A program made the translations under genes and the position numbers. Positions 17,940 through 26,719 of a stretch of 64,000 bases of DNA are shown here, in pieces. The notes beneath the pieces are model-generated. The model ran no database searches and had not been told where the DNA came from. It was given only the letters and a program-made list of their open reading frames with translations. The number at the start of each line of letters is the position of its first letter. Positions within the stretch are counted from its first letter, which is position 1. The DNA comes from Nitrososphaerota archaeon. Its GTDB lineage: Archaea; Thermoproteota; Nitrososphaeria; Nitrososphaerales; Nitrosopumilaceae. The stretch covers positions 1,124,727-1,188,726 of the forward strand of contig JAGWFT010000001.1 in NCBI GenBank assembly GCA_028867755.1, given 5' to 3'.

Positions 17940-19100
17940 TCAGAAATAATCTTTTATCGATTTTTGATTTCTTGCTTTTTGTAATTTACTTCTTGCAAGC
18001 CATTCTTTCTTGCCCACACTTAGGCCCTTGCATACAAGATCCAAGCCTTGTTCAAAATTTGGCATTACAGTTGGTTTTTGTTTTAACGCCATCCTTACTC
18101 CTTCTCTAACTTGCCAGACCCCTAGAGGAACTGCATATTCTGGCCTTATCTCGCGAAGCACCATAACTCCTGCCTGAACCTTGGCTCTCAAGAGATATTC
18201 TGCAACAGCAAGCCGCGATGCAAAATGTGCTCCTGCAGTCTCCGGATAGTGTGAAAGTCCCTTTGCATCTTCAAAATCTGATCCAAATCCAATGTTACCT
18301 TCTTGATCGTACCACGCCTCTTGCATCTCAAACATCCATCTGCGTGGAAACATGATTACGCCGTACAAATTTCCAAGGTTTTCATAAGTAAAAATCTGGC
18401 AGCAATCAATCTCAGAAAAATTCACAATTTCATCAACAATGGATTTAGAAATTATATCGTCAGTTGCAGTTATGCTCCATTTCGTAGGTACAAGTTTGCG
18501 GTCTTTTCCAAACATTCCTATACTGAAACACTTTTGTATTTTGCTTACCTCTATGCCACGATTATAAAGTTCAAAGACTGCATCATACGCCAGAACGTCT
18601 TTGTCGTAAAATAATCTCTGAATATTCTTGTCTGATGATGAATTTGAGAACTTGGCAGTTTTTATTTCTCCAATGGGGCCAAAAGGGGCATTTTCCCCAT
18701 CTACAAATAGAGAGGGTTTTGTATTTTTTACAAACTCTACTTCAGAATCAGTAGATCTAGAAGACATTGCAAGCTCTTGTAAGCTTTCGATGTATCTGCC
18801 CTGAGGGGCTTTTGCTGTAACTGCTTGTATTCCTCTTACTAGTGATAGTCTATAATTTACAATATCTTCCAGGCTCTTGCCTATCCAAGATTCTGGCAAG
18901 TCCATAGATAACGTGTTACCATGGATTGGAGGCACCATTGGTCCTACCAGTACCTTTGGATACCCATAAGATCCAACAAAGACTGACGGAGGACTAGAAC
19001 CCTCTACATAATTAGAAGAAAATAGATTGGCGTATTTTGACAGATATTCATTCCAGTTAGATTCTATAGCCTTTCGTATATCAGAAGCAGTTCTGGACAC
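17940..19100 (-). CDS. nreA: Nre family DNA repair protein
   Basis: GSSPPSVFVGSYGYPKV, RKLVPTKWSITATDD, VPLGVWQVREGVR; C-terminal PIP box QKSIKDYF. Confidence 0.88.
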   Translation of the reverse strand: MSRTASDIRKAIESNWNEYLSKYANLFSSNYVEGSSPPSVFVGSYGYPKVLVGPMVPPIHGNTLSMDLPESWIGKSLEDIVNYRLSLVRGIQAVTAKAPQGRYIESLQELAMSSRSTDSEVEFVKNTKPSLFVDGENAPFGPIGEIKTAKFSNSSSDKNIQRLFYDKDVLAYDAVFELYNRGIEVSKIQKCFSIGMFGKDRKLVPTKWSITATDDIISKSIVDEIVNFSEIDCCQIFTYENLGNLYGVIMFPRRWMFEMQEAWYDQEGNIGFGSDFEDAKGLSHYPETAGAHFASRLAVAEYLLRAKVQAGVMVLREIRPEYAVPLGVWQVREGVRMALKQKPTVMPNFEQGLDLVCKGLSVGKKEWLARSKLQKARNQKSIKDYF

Positions 19101-19138
19101 CGTCTCTCAAACGACTTTTGCGACTAATAATATCTCTG

Positions 19139-19576
19139 ATGCAAATACTTTTGAGTTATATTCAACTATTTTCCAAGCAATATCAAAAATTGTCAGGTGC
19201 AGAATCTTTTGGTATTGAAAAAGGATACGGAAAACAAGCAGTAGACTGGATGAATGAAGAGGCAAAGAATATGGATTGGAAATTTGAAGCAAGGCTATAT
19301 GATTATGAGATAGATACCAAAAACTTTGGTGCGTTTGAGATGTTTTCATGGATGGGAGACTCAAAGGCTGCACGTGATTTAGTAGCAAGAGCAAGCAAGA
19401 GGTTTAAGATCAAGGTCATAGAAGGAGGATACAAAACAAGACAGTTGATTATTAAAACATCTAAAAATGAATATGGGATTGTACGAAAGGGAGATCGTGC
19501 AATAGGACAGATTGAGTTTACTTCATCTAGATTAACAAATAGCAAGTGGGTTGTAAGCAAAGAAGAGCGAAAATAG
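19139..19576 (+). CDS. hypothetical protein
   Basis: Long ORF divergent from nre; ATG 19139 preferred. Confidence 0.7.
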   Translation: MQILLSYIQLFSKQYQKLSGAESFGIEKGYGKQAVDWMNEEAKNMDWKFEARLYDYEIDTKNFGAFEMFSWMGDSKAARDLVARASKRFKIKVIEGGYKTRQLIIKTSKNEYGIVRKGDRAIGQIEFTSSRLTNSKWVVSKEERK

Positions 19577-19580
19577 AAAA

Positions 19581-20156
19581 TTAGCGTAAAGAACTTAGCT
19601 CTGCCTTGGCAAGAATTTGTGCTACACGTAATGGTTCAGGCATGGCTCCTTGTAACGTGAATGTATCAAGCAGTTTTTTTGCTTCCTTTAATTCACATCC
19701 TTCCACTCTTAGGTATAGATCATGTTTTGTATGCAATGATATCTTGGTCCTAGTGCCAAGGTTCTGATATTGTTTTATTTTAAATTCATAGGAATTAGGA
19801 AAATGATGTCTAATTGCATCTTCCATTCCGTCAGACTCTTCATATGTCACACCAATAATTGGCATCTTGACTTTTTTCCATAGTTTTTTGATATCAACGA
19901 TATTGTATATGGAGATAATCAATCCTGAGACCAGAATGAAGCTAATGTCATCACGATTTAGATTCTCATACATTGAGATAATTGCATCAGTGGCATCATC
20001 ACCTCCTATAGTAGCCATCCCAAAAACAAATCCATCAATTACAAAATCTCTTCGCATCACAACTCCTGCTAATTTTGATTTTAAATCATTCTCGTGGAAG
20101 CTTTCTGCTATTGATAGCCCGCGCAGACCTTTTTTCTCAAGTCGTAGATGGTTCAT
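19581..20156 (-). CDS. DUF99 (endonuclease V-like, UPF0215) family protein
   Basis: GGDDATD, SGxxxxxYNIVD, PEPLRVAQ motifs. Confidence 0.85.
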   Translation of the reverse strand: MNHLRLEKKGLRGLSIAESFHENDLKSKLAGVVMRRDFVIDGFVFGMATIGGDDATDAIISMYENLNRDDISFILVSGLIISIYNIVDIKKLWKKVKMPIIGVTYEESDGMEDAIRHHFPNSYEFKIKQYQNLGTRTKISLHTKHDLYLRVEGCELKEAKKLLDTFTLQGAMPEPLRVAQILAKAELSSLR

Positions 20157-20256
20157 TTTTATTTCGAAATTTTTTATAAACTAGCCCAGTTACAACCATA
20201 AAAATAGCTGTGATAGTGGACCAAGAGATAATGGCTACAATATCAAAATGAGTCAT
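20137..20256 (-). CDS. putative single-TM microprotein (39 aa)
   Basis: MTHFDIVAIISWSTITAIFMVVTGLVYKKFRNKNEPSTT; fills the gap between two same-strand genes. Confidence 0.4.
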   Translation of the reverse strand: MTHFDIVAIISWSTITAIFMVVTGLVYKKFRNKNEPSTT

Positions 20257-20264
20257 ACAACAAA

Positions 20265-21185
20265 TTATACAATAATTGGCCCGCTTCCTACTATTCGTAT
20301 AGTCTGCGACTCGGGTTTTAGAATCACGCATATATCATTTTTTATAAATGCAACTGGTTTGTTAAGAGAAAGCTTCATGGGGTTAAGAGATACTATTTTT
20401 GCAGCTCTTGTCTGCAGACCTATATTTACAAGAAATGTCTGGTTTTCTGCCACTTTGTCCTTGAAGAATTTGTTTTGTAAATAATCCAATGCAACATCTT
20501 GCATCACATGGATTCCATCACCAATGCACAATTGGTCTCCCCTTTGTACATCATCAGATACAACTCCCTTTACAGCAAGACCGACTCGTGCTGGAGACAC
20601 AGCTTCTTCCACCGGATCGTCATGCATTTGAATGGATTTTATTATAACCTCGTCTCCTTTGGGCAACAGTTTGAGTTTATCATATGCTTTGATTTTTCCT
20701 TGTGCTACCTTACCAAGTATAACCGTGCCTACCCCTTTTACATCAAAACAATGATCAATTGGAATCCTAGCATCGCCTTCATTTGATACAGGTTCCAAAG
20801 AATCCATTTCCTTTTTGAGATCAGATAGTTCTACTAGTTTGTATTGTTCCACAACGGTTCCTTTTATCATAAGAAGAAGTTTTTCATGATCTACTTCGTA
20901 AGAATGAGTTAGTAATCCCTTATTCTTTTTGAGAACATCAAGTGCAACAATTTGTTCTCCTGTGAATTTGTCAAGCTTAGAGACACAAAAAATAACATAT
21001 TCACCCATGTTTATGGCTTGAAGAAGCGGTTGGATCTTTTCTGGAAAGCCTGTTGGCATGGTCCATGTTTTTACAAAGCCTGCATCTTTTTTATCATATA
21101 TTGTAAGATCAGTAGCAGTGCCTTTTTTGCCAAAATCTTTGGCTATTGATTCATCTCCAAGCAATACATAATTGATTGATTTCAT
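20265..21185 (-). CDS. EF-Tu/SelB-like protein with degenerate G domain
   Basis: Domain II motif IDHCFDVKGVGTVILGKV...IKSIQMHDDPV...RVGLAVKGV; no GxxxxGKT P-loop. Confidence 0.8.
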   Translation of the reverse strand: MKSINYVLLGDESIAKDFGKKGTATDLTIYDKKDAGFVKTWTMPTGFPEKIQPLLQAINMGEYVIFCVSKLDKFTGEQIVALDVLKKNKGLLTHSYEVDHEKLLLMIKGTVVEQYKLVELSDLKKEMDSLEPVSNEGDARIPIDHCFDVKGVGTVILGKVAQGKIKAYDKLKLLPKGDEVIIKSIQMHDDPVEEAVSPARVGLAVKGVVSDDVQRGDQLCIGDGIHVMQDVALDYLQNKFFKDKVAENQTFLVNIGLQTRAAKIVSLNPMKLSLNKPVAFIKNDICVILKPESQTIRIVGSGPIIV

Positions 21186-21272
21186 TTTATTTGTGAGAAC
21201 CCATAACTAGTAAAATATCTTGTGGAGACGGTACAAAAATTAACGATGTGTTTGTCAAGTTAAACAGAAAGA

Positions 21273-22166
21273 TTAACCTCTAGGATCATTTTTTGTTGCA
21301 TTCTGACCAAGAATTAGGTCAACTTTATAGTTCAAACTTAATCGTGAATTCATGTTTAACTTCCATGGAATAAAGCTTGGTTGGCTTGTTCTTCTAATTA
21401 ATTTGAATCCAGACTGCCTCAGATACAACCTTAGTTCATCTGGACTTATTTTGGATTTTACAGATGCCTTTCCTCGCTCAAAGTCATATGGATCAGATAT
21501 CATGAGAAACTTTTTGGATTGATGCGAGACAGCCTGCAAAAGCTCACGCGGCTCTACAATATCAAGCAGGTTTAGGACAACCACCAGATCAAATTTTCTG
21601 CTTCCAAAAGGAGAGTTTAATGAGTCTGCCACAATGAAATCCAAATTTTTTCTTTGATGTTTTTTTGCCTCTAATATAGCATAAAATGATTTGTCTATGC
21701 CAAATACGAGAGAATTTTGCTTTGCAAGATGTGCTGTTAGGTGTCCTATAGAGCACCCATGCTCCAATACAAAATCACATCTAGGTAACTTGTGAACCAA
21801 GTTTTTTACATGGACATAGAACTGCGAATGTATACTACGCTTGTAGATTCCAACCCAGTTTCTTTCAAGTTCAGAAGTGTCTTCTAATACATGTTTTATC
21901 TTTCCCAGCATTTCTTTTACAAACAACTTCATTTTGGAAGACTTGGCCATCAGCATCAACTCACCACCAAGTGCCATCCTAATTGCAAGATAAGATGAAA
22001 AATCTTCCAGCAAAAAAGGCACAGACGATATTACAGGATATCTGTGATTGCATTTTGTGCAACTTAGAAAACCCTCCTGAACTTCGTCACCACATGTCAA
22101 TGGCTCAATGGATAATGCAGACTTGCAGATTACGCATCGCAGATATTTAGCAGTGGATTCAAACAA
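21273..22166 (-). CDS. Trm112-like Zn-ribbon fused to class I SAM-dependent methyltransferase
   Basis: N-terminal CVIC...CTKC..RYPVISSVP; VLEHGCSIG SAM motif I; GIDKS. Confidence 0.8.
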   Translation of the reverse strand: MFESTAKYLRCVICKSALSIEPLTCGDEVQEGFLSCTKCNHRYPVISSVPFLLEDFSSYLAIRMALGGELMLMAKSSKMKLFVKEMLGKIKHVLEDTSELERNWVGIYKRSIHSQFYVHVKNLVHKLPRCDFVLEHGCSIGHLTAHLAKQNSLVFGIDKSFYAILEAKKHQRKNLDFIVADSLNSPFGSRKFDLVVVLNLLDIVEPRELLQAVSHQSKKFLMISDPYDFERGKASVKSKISPDELRLYLRQSGFKLIRRTSQPSFIPWKLNMNSRLSLNYKVDLILGQNATKNDPRG

Positions 22167-22208
22167 TGAGATTTTAGAATATGTTGTAGATTAAATTTAT
22201 ACCGTTAC

Positions 22209-23009
22209 TTATTCATGAATTTTACTTTCTTGAAATGAATCAGAATTATACCAACAGTATCTAAAATAGTCCAAACACCATTCATGAAATAGAGGATCTT
22301 TGCTGTAAAACATTTCACGCATGTCTGCAACACCGTCCAATGTTGGAAATCCAATACATGCCTCTTTCTCATTTAACACAACAACCACATTTGTGCCTGT
22401 TCTCATTTTTCTCTCAACCAGGCCTTTTTCGATTAAATCTTTCATACCTAATTTATTGAGTAAATCTTTTCGTCCCTTAGGAACTATGACTGATTCTGAA
22501 AAGATGTAATTTAGTTTAACTCCCTGTTTTACTTTGGTTAATAATGGTTCGATTAGATCAAGCGGAACTTCAGTGAAGATTTCATAGATAAATTCATCCG
22601 CATTTTTATAAATTGACTTCCATTGTTCTAGAGATTTGACAAATCCTTTGATTTGTTGCCCCCCAGCAAGTGCACCTATCCTTTGTATGAATTTCATAGG
22701 AACATCACCGAAATCATGATTTTCAAAATATTTTCTATTCTTAGAGAGAAATAACAGAGACGGAACTTGGGTGCACATGGTTTTGCCATACGTGGTAAGA
22801 TCATACAAGCCATCCCTATCTTTTATAACCAATCCTGCATCTGCAAGTCGCTCAAAGTTCCTGTGAACCTCCTGAACTGTGGCGTGAAGTTCTTTTGCCA
22901 TATTTGAGATCTTGGATTTTTTCTCTAAAAGTTTGAAGATTATGTTCAGACGTTGTTCGCTTGCAAGCTCAAGAAAGTCGTCTGCTGCATTTTCATATAT
23001 GTTATCCAT
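22209..23009 (-). CDS. ArsR-like winged-helix transcriptional regulator with C-terminal sensor domain
   Basis: ASEQRLNII...ATVQEVHRNFERL HTH; C-terminal WCLDYFRYCW. Confidence 0.8.
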   Translation of the reverse strand: MDNIYENAADDFLELASEQRLNIIFKLLEKKSKISNMAKELHATVQEVHRNFERLADAGLVIKDRDGLYDLTTYGKTMCTQVPSLLFLSKNRKYFENHDFGDVPMKFIQRIGALAGGQQIKGFVKSLEQWKSIYKNADEFIYEIFTEVPLDLIEPLLTKVKQGVKLNYIFSESVIVPKGRKDLLNKLGMKDLIEKGLVERKMRTGTNVVVVLNEKEACIGFPTLDGVADMREMFYSKDPLFHEWCLDYFRYCWYNSDSFQESKIHE

Positions 23010-23126
23010 TGACAATAATGCTTAGAATTATTTATGTAAATCTTTGCTCTATTCAACTATTTTCAACAAGCGAGTAACGCGTATCAAATTTTTATTTCAC
23101 GGTATTAAGATAGGTGTGTACAAAAA

Positions 23127-23153
23127 GGATTAGGTAACTTAGTTAAGTAATCC
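23127..23153. promoter_or_regulatory. imperfect 27-bp palindrome, candidate operator
   Basis: GGATTA-GG-TAACT-T-AGTTA-AG-TAATCC centred on 23140, between two divergent HTH genes. Confidence 0.55.
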
Positions 23154-23183
23154 ATTAAATCAAAGAAGTGAGATCAAGAAGCA

Positions 23184-23450
23184 TTGGCAGTAACTTTCAA
23201 TATTAGTGACGAGGTAATGCAAGATCTTTTGTCAGACAAAGTCAGTAGAATGATTTTAGAATCGATCAGGACAGTCCCAAAATCTACAAGTCAACTCTGC
23301 ATAGAATGTAACATACCCACAAGCACTGCTTATAGAAAGATGCAAAAATTGTCAGATTACAAAATAATACGTAAGATTGGCACCATAAATGAGGCAGGAA
23401 AAAGAGAGATACTCTACAAGAGTACCTTTTCTGTTTTTGAGAAGATTTGA
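23184..23450 (+). CDS. winged-helix (ArsR-like) transcriptional regulator
   Basis: KSTSQLCIECNIPTSTAYRKMQKL HTH; TTG start. Confidence 0.75.
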   Translation: MAVTFNISDEVMQDLLSDKVSRMILESIRTVPKSTSQLCIECNIPTSTAYRKMQKLSDYKIIRKIGTINEAGKREILYKSTFSVFEKI

Positions 23451-23503
23451 AAGGAATAAAAGTTTGTTAAACTAAAATACAGTATCATTTTTGCATATAA
23501 GCT

Positions 23504-23872
23504 GTGATTACGGTTAACTGTAGAGATATTCCGTCCATAAAATCGCCACTGGCAGTATATACCTCAGACCAATTAGGAGCTGTTCCAGCCCTAAAACTTC
23601 ACGAGTTTGTTCTTGCGCCTATAGAAGATGAAGAGATAGACCCAGCAAATGTAATTACAGCAATCAAAATGTTCCTAGCATCAATAGGATGTGAAAGGCA
23701 TTTTGCAGTAATACAAAAGAATGATACAATTTCAGTGGTATCGCTTGATGGATACAAGATAGAGTCACCCACACAAGGAAAAACAGACCAGTTTTTTTCA
23801 TGCATCCATTGCGGTCATGTGACCCAATTTGAAACAGTACACAACAATCACATGAAGATTCATTATTTATGA
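23504..23872 (+). CDS. hypothetical protein with C-terminal C2H2-type zinc finger
   Basis: CIHCGHVTQFETVHNNHMKIH. Confidence 0.75.
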   Translation: MITVNCRDIPSIKSPLAVYTSDQLGAVPALKLHEFVLAPIEDEEIDPANVITAIKMFLASIGCERHFAVIQKNDTISVVSLDGYKIESPTQGKTDQFFSCIHCGHVTQFETVHNNHMKIHYL

Positions 23873-23894
23873 TTTGAATTGTGCCTAGAGATTA

Positions 23895-24179
23895 TTAATT
23901 AGCAACTACTTCATAGAAGACTGGTCTTGGCGGGACTTCCATGTATGAATGACCATTTGATTGAATTCTGAAATGCTCTTGTGTCTGATGCATTTTTTCA
24001 AACTTATCCTGGCTCTCAAACTCTACCAATATAGTATGCTTACCAGTACGTGTTGCCAGTAATCTTCTGTTAATGAATCCATCAAACTTTGCAAGATCTT
24101 TGTTTGATTCGTTTACCCATTTTTTGAATTCTTCTTCCATCCCTTTTTTTAGTTGAATCTCAACTACTACCACGAACAT
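23895..24179 (-). CDS. antibiotic biosynthesis monooxygenase (ABM) family protein
   Basis: 94-aa ferredoxin-like pattern KKGMEEEF...DGFINRRLL...VEFES. Confidence 0.8.
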   Translation of the reverse strand: MFVVVVEIQLKKGMEEEFKKWVNESNKDLAKFDGFINRRLLATRTGKHTILVEFESQDKFEKMHQTQEHFRIQSNGHSYMEVPPRPVFYEVVAN

Positions 24180-24294
24180 AGAATTCTTCGATGATTAATG
24201 GATTTAAGAGGATTTCTAATATTCTCATTCTCGGCAAACGAGATTACAGCACACTCAATAATGCTAAATACGGGATTACTTTCGATCAAAGTAT

Positions 24295-24552
24295 ATGAAT
24301 GAGAAACTTCTAATATTTGGCGCACTTGCCGCAGCAGTGGTAGTTATGACTACAGCGGTTTTTCCTTTCTGGAATCTCATTCCTAATACAGTAACCGAAG
24401 TAGTTACAGTAAAACAAGCAGACCAAAGCGGTTGCTATGTTGAAACCCATGATCATTTTGTCATAAAGATACCTCCATGCAATGCACAACCCGGACAGAA
24501 TATTACAGCAACATTTGATGCAAAAGTAAGAGATCGTGAAAAACAGATCTAA
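24295..24552 (+). CDS. small membrane-anchored hypothetical protein
   Basis: N-terminal TM, then short beta-rich domain with two Cys. Confidence 0.7.
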   Translation: MNEKLLIFGALAAAVVVMTTAVFPFWNLIPNTVTEVVTVKQADQSGCYVETHDHFVIKIPPCNAQPGQNITATFDAKVRDREKQI

Positions 24553-24905
24553 AGCAATTTCAAACTTTGAGTTACCTTATCAATCATATCTTCAGGTGCA
24601 GGGCCTATTGAGATACAAGTTACAGTCCCAGGCGCAATCTGAGTATGACCTGCATCTGTTACCTCAGACCATGGCAAATTAAGAGAGATGGCGTGTTTTT
24701 TTACATCTTCCAACTCAGATAAGCTAGAAACTTTGAGTACTACTTTTTCTTGGCCCAACTCTTCCCATTCAGTATACCATTCCCTATGGGATTTCCTCAC
24801 ATGTTCTGCACCTAAAACACATGCATGCCCCACTTGAGCTGCAATCTTTCCAGTCCCCATACCGAGGTCCTTTCGTACTACTATTACTTGCTTAATGTTA
24901 CCCAT
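24549..24905 (-). CDS. pth2: peptidyl-tRNA hydrolase Pth2
   Basis: VVRKDLGMGTGKIAAQVGHA, DAGHTQIAPGTVTC, GPAP; ATG 24905. Confidence 0.95.
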   Translation of the reverse strand: MGNIKQVIVVRKDLGMGTGKIAAQVGHACVLGAEHVRKSHREWYTEWEELGQEKVVLKVSSLSELEDVKKHAISLNLPWSEVTDAGHTQIAPGTVTCISIGPAPEDMIDKVTQSLKLL

Positions 24906-25036
24906 ATCAATTTGAAATAATAACCCAGTACATGTTAAACTTTTGAATTGAAAGTATTTTTCACTGTAAAAAGCAAAATACATTCACAAGATCTTGTTTT
25001 GTACAACGTTAGATGTTGATATAAATAAATGAGAAA

Positions 25037-26185
25037 ATGTATCAAAGTGTGGATTACGACGTAGTTGTAGCAGGTGGAAGCGTTGCTGGGCTTTTGTGTG
25101 CAAGAGAAATTGCAGGCAAAGGACACAAAGTTCTGGTAATAGAAGAAGACTATGAGATTGGTACACCAGAACATTGTGGAGGACTAGTAAGCATAATGGG
25201 CATTGATGATCTTGGAATCATTCCCATGAGAGCGACACTTGATAACAAGATAAGATCAGCACGTCTGATATCACCATCAGGAAAAAGTGTTACTCTTGAT
25301 GCAAGACCGCAGCAAGTCATAGTACTTGATAGAAGAGAATTTGATAAGCAAATTGCACATCAAGCCCAAACTAATGGCGCCGAGATACAAGTGAGAACTT
25401 CGCTTAGAGAAATAACCAAGGATGGTGTCAGGACAACTGATGGCAATATCAAATGCAAGATAATAGTGGACGCAAGAGGTGTGTCATCTTTGATTCACAA
25501 GGACCGTACTGGTACCATGCAGTCTGCACAATATGAGGTATATGCCGATTGGATTGACAAGGAAAGAGTTGAGGTGTACCTTGATCAGGAAAAATACCCT
25601 GGCTTTTTTGCATGGATTATACCAACTAGACGCGATGAAGCAAAAGTTGGCGTTGCTGGAAAAGGAATCAATCCAGCTGTAGTATTAGAAGATTTTTTGA
25701 AACAAAAAGGCAGCTATTCTACTGTAAGAAAAATATTTGCGCCCATATGGATAAAAGGTCCAATTAAGGAATTTGTCACAAAAAATGTAGTAATTGTAGG
25801 AGACGCTGCAGGACAAGCAAAGCCTACAACAGCTGGAGGAATTTATTCTTCAGGGCTTGGCGGAATACTGGCTGGAAACGCCATATCAAAATTTTTGAAA
25901 TCAGAGAAAGAAAAAGACTTGCAAGAATATCAGAAAGAATGGTTGGATAGATTTGGTAAAGAGTTTGAACGGATGCTTCTTGCTAGATCTCTTCTTGAAA
26001 GACTTGACAATAAATCAATTAACGTTCTTTTTGAATCAATAACTCCTCAAGTACTAGACGAGATTTCAAAAGAGGGAAGTTTTGATTTTCATACAACATC
26101 AGTTGCAAAACTTTTAGGGGTAAAAGGTTCTGTAAAAGCAATTCAAGCAATTTTAGGAAATGAGTTGAGACGATTACTAAGTTGA
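25037..26185 (+). CDS. geranylgeranyl reductase family flavoprotein
   Basis: FAD motif VAGGSVAGL, EHCGG, FAWIIP, VGDAAGQAKPTTAGGI. Confidence 0.88.
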   Translation: MYQSVDYDVVVAGGSVAGLLCAREIAGKGHKVLVIEEDYEIGTPEHCGGLVSIMGIDDLGIIPMRATLDNKIRSARLISPSGKSVTLDARPQQVIVLDRREFDKQIAHQAQTNGAEIQVRTSLREITKDGVRTTDGNIKCKIIVDARGVSSLIHKDRTGTMQSAQYEVYADWIDKERVEVYLDQEKYPGFFAWIIPTRRDEAKVGVAGKGINPAVVLEDFLKQKGSYSTVRKIFAPIWIKGPIKEFVTKNVVIVGDAAGQAKPTTAGGIYSSGLGGILAGNAISKFLKSEKEKDLQEYQKEWLDRFGKEFERMLLARSLLERLDNKSINVLFESITPQVLDEISKEGSFDFHTTSVAKLLGVKGSVKAIQAILGNELRRLLS

Positions 26186-26240
26186 ATGCACGTCGATCTA
26201 TAAGGAAGGTATAAATTCGGTAGAAAAATCAGCTTGTAAC

Positions 26241-26420
26241 ATGTCGTCATCTATTACTTTACCAGTATGCAGTTCGTGCCATAGACCAATAATGCCTAAT
26301 GATAAATGTGTAAAATTCAACTGCCCAGACTGTGGCTCTATGCTGCTTTGGCGTTGCGAGAGTTGCAGAGAGGCAGCCAGAACATACAAATGCAATTCAT
26401 GCAATTTTGAAGGGCCATAA
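26241..26420 (+). CDS. small Zn-ribbon RNA-binding protein (DUF1610 type), absent from ORF track
   Basis: Manual translation MSSSITLPVCSSCHRPIMPNDKCVKFNCPDCGSMLLWRCESCREAARTYKCNSCNFEGP (59 aa, four CxxC); sits just before EF-1beta as in other archaea. Confidence 0.9.
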   Translation: MSSSITLPVCSSCHRPIMPNDKCVKFNCPDCGSMLLWRCESCREAARTYKCNSCNFEGP

Positions 26421-26425
26421 AGAAA

Positions 26426-26707
26426 ATGCCACGACTAACATTACGAGCAAAGATTTTACCAACAGGTACGGAGATCGATCTAGATAATGCTGCTAAGAAG
26501 ATTGGTGCGTCTCTAAAGGATGGTATAGTACTCTCAAAATATACAAAAGAGCCACTTGCTTTTGGTCTCTACTTTATTAATGCAGAATTCTCCTTAGATG
26601 ACAAGGAAGGACAAATGGACTCGCTTGAAAATAGTGTACGTTCAGTTGAAGGCATAGGAGAGTTCGAAGTGCTTGGAGTAAGTCGAGCTTCTGTTGGCGC
26701 AAAGTAG
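26426..26707 (+). CDS. ef1b: translation elongation factor 1-beta
   Basis: KILP...EPLAFGL...EGQMDSLEN...SVEG. Confidence 0.88.
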   Translation: MPRLTLRAKILPTGTEIDLDNAAKKIGASLKDGIVLSKYTKEPLAFGLYFINAEFSLDDKEGQMDSLENSVRSVEGIGEFEVLGVSRASVGAK

Positions 26708-26719
26708 GAGGAGTTCCTT

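Noticed and set aside
26198-26404. Listed 68-aa minus ORF
   Set aside because: Antisense of the real plus-strand Zn-ribbon gene 26241..26420
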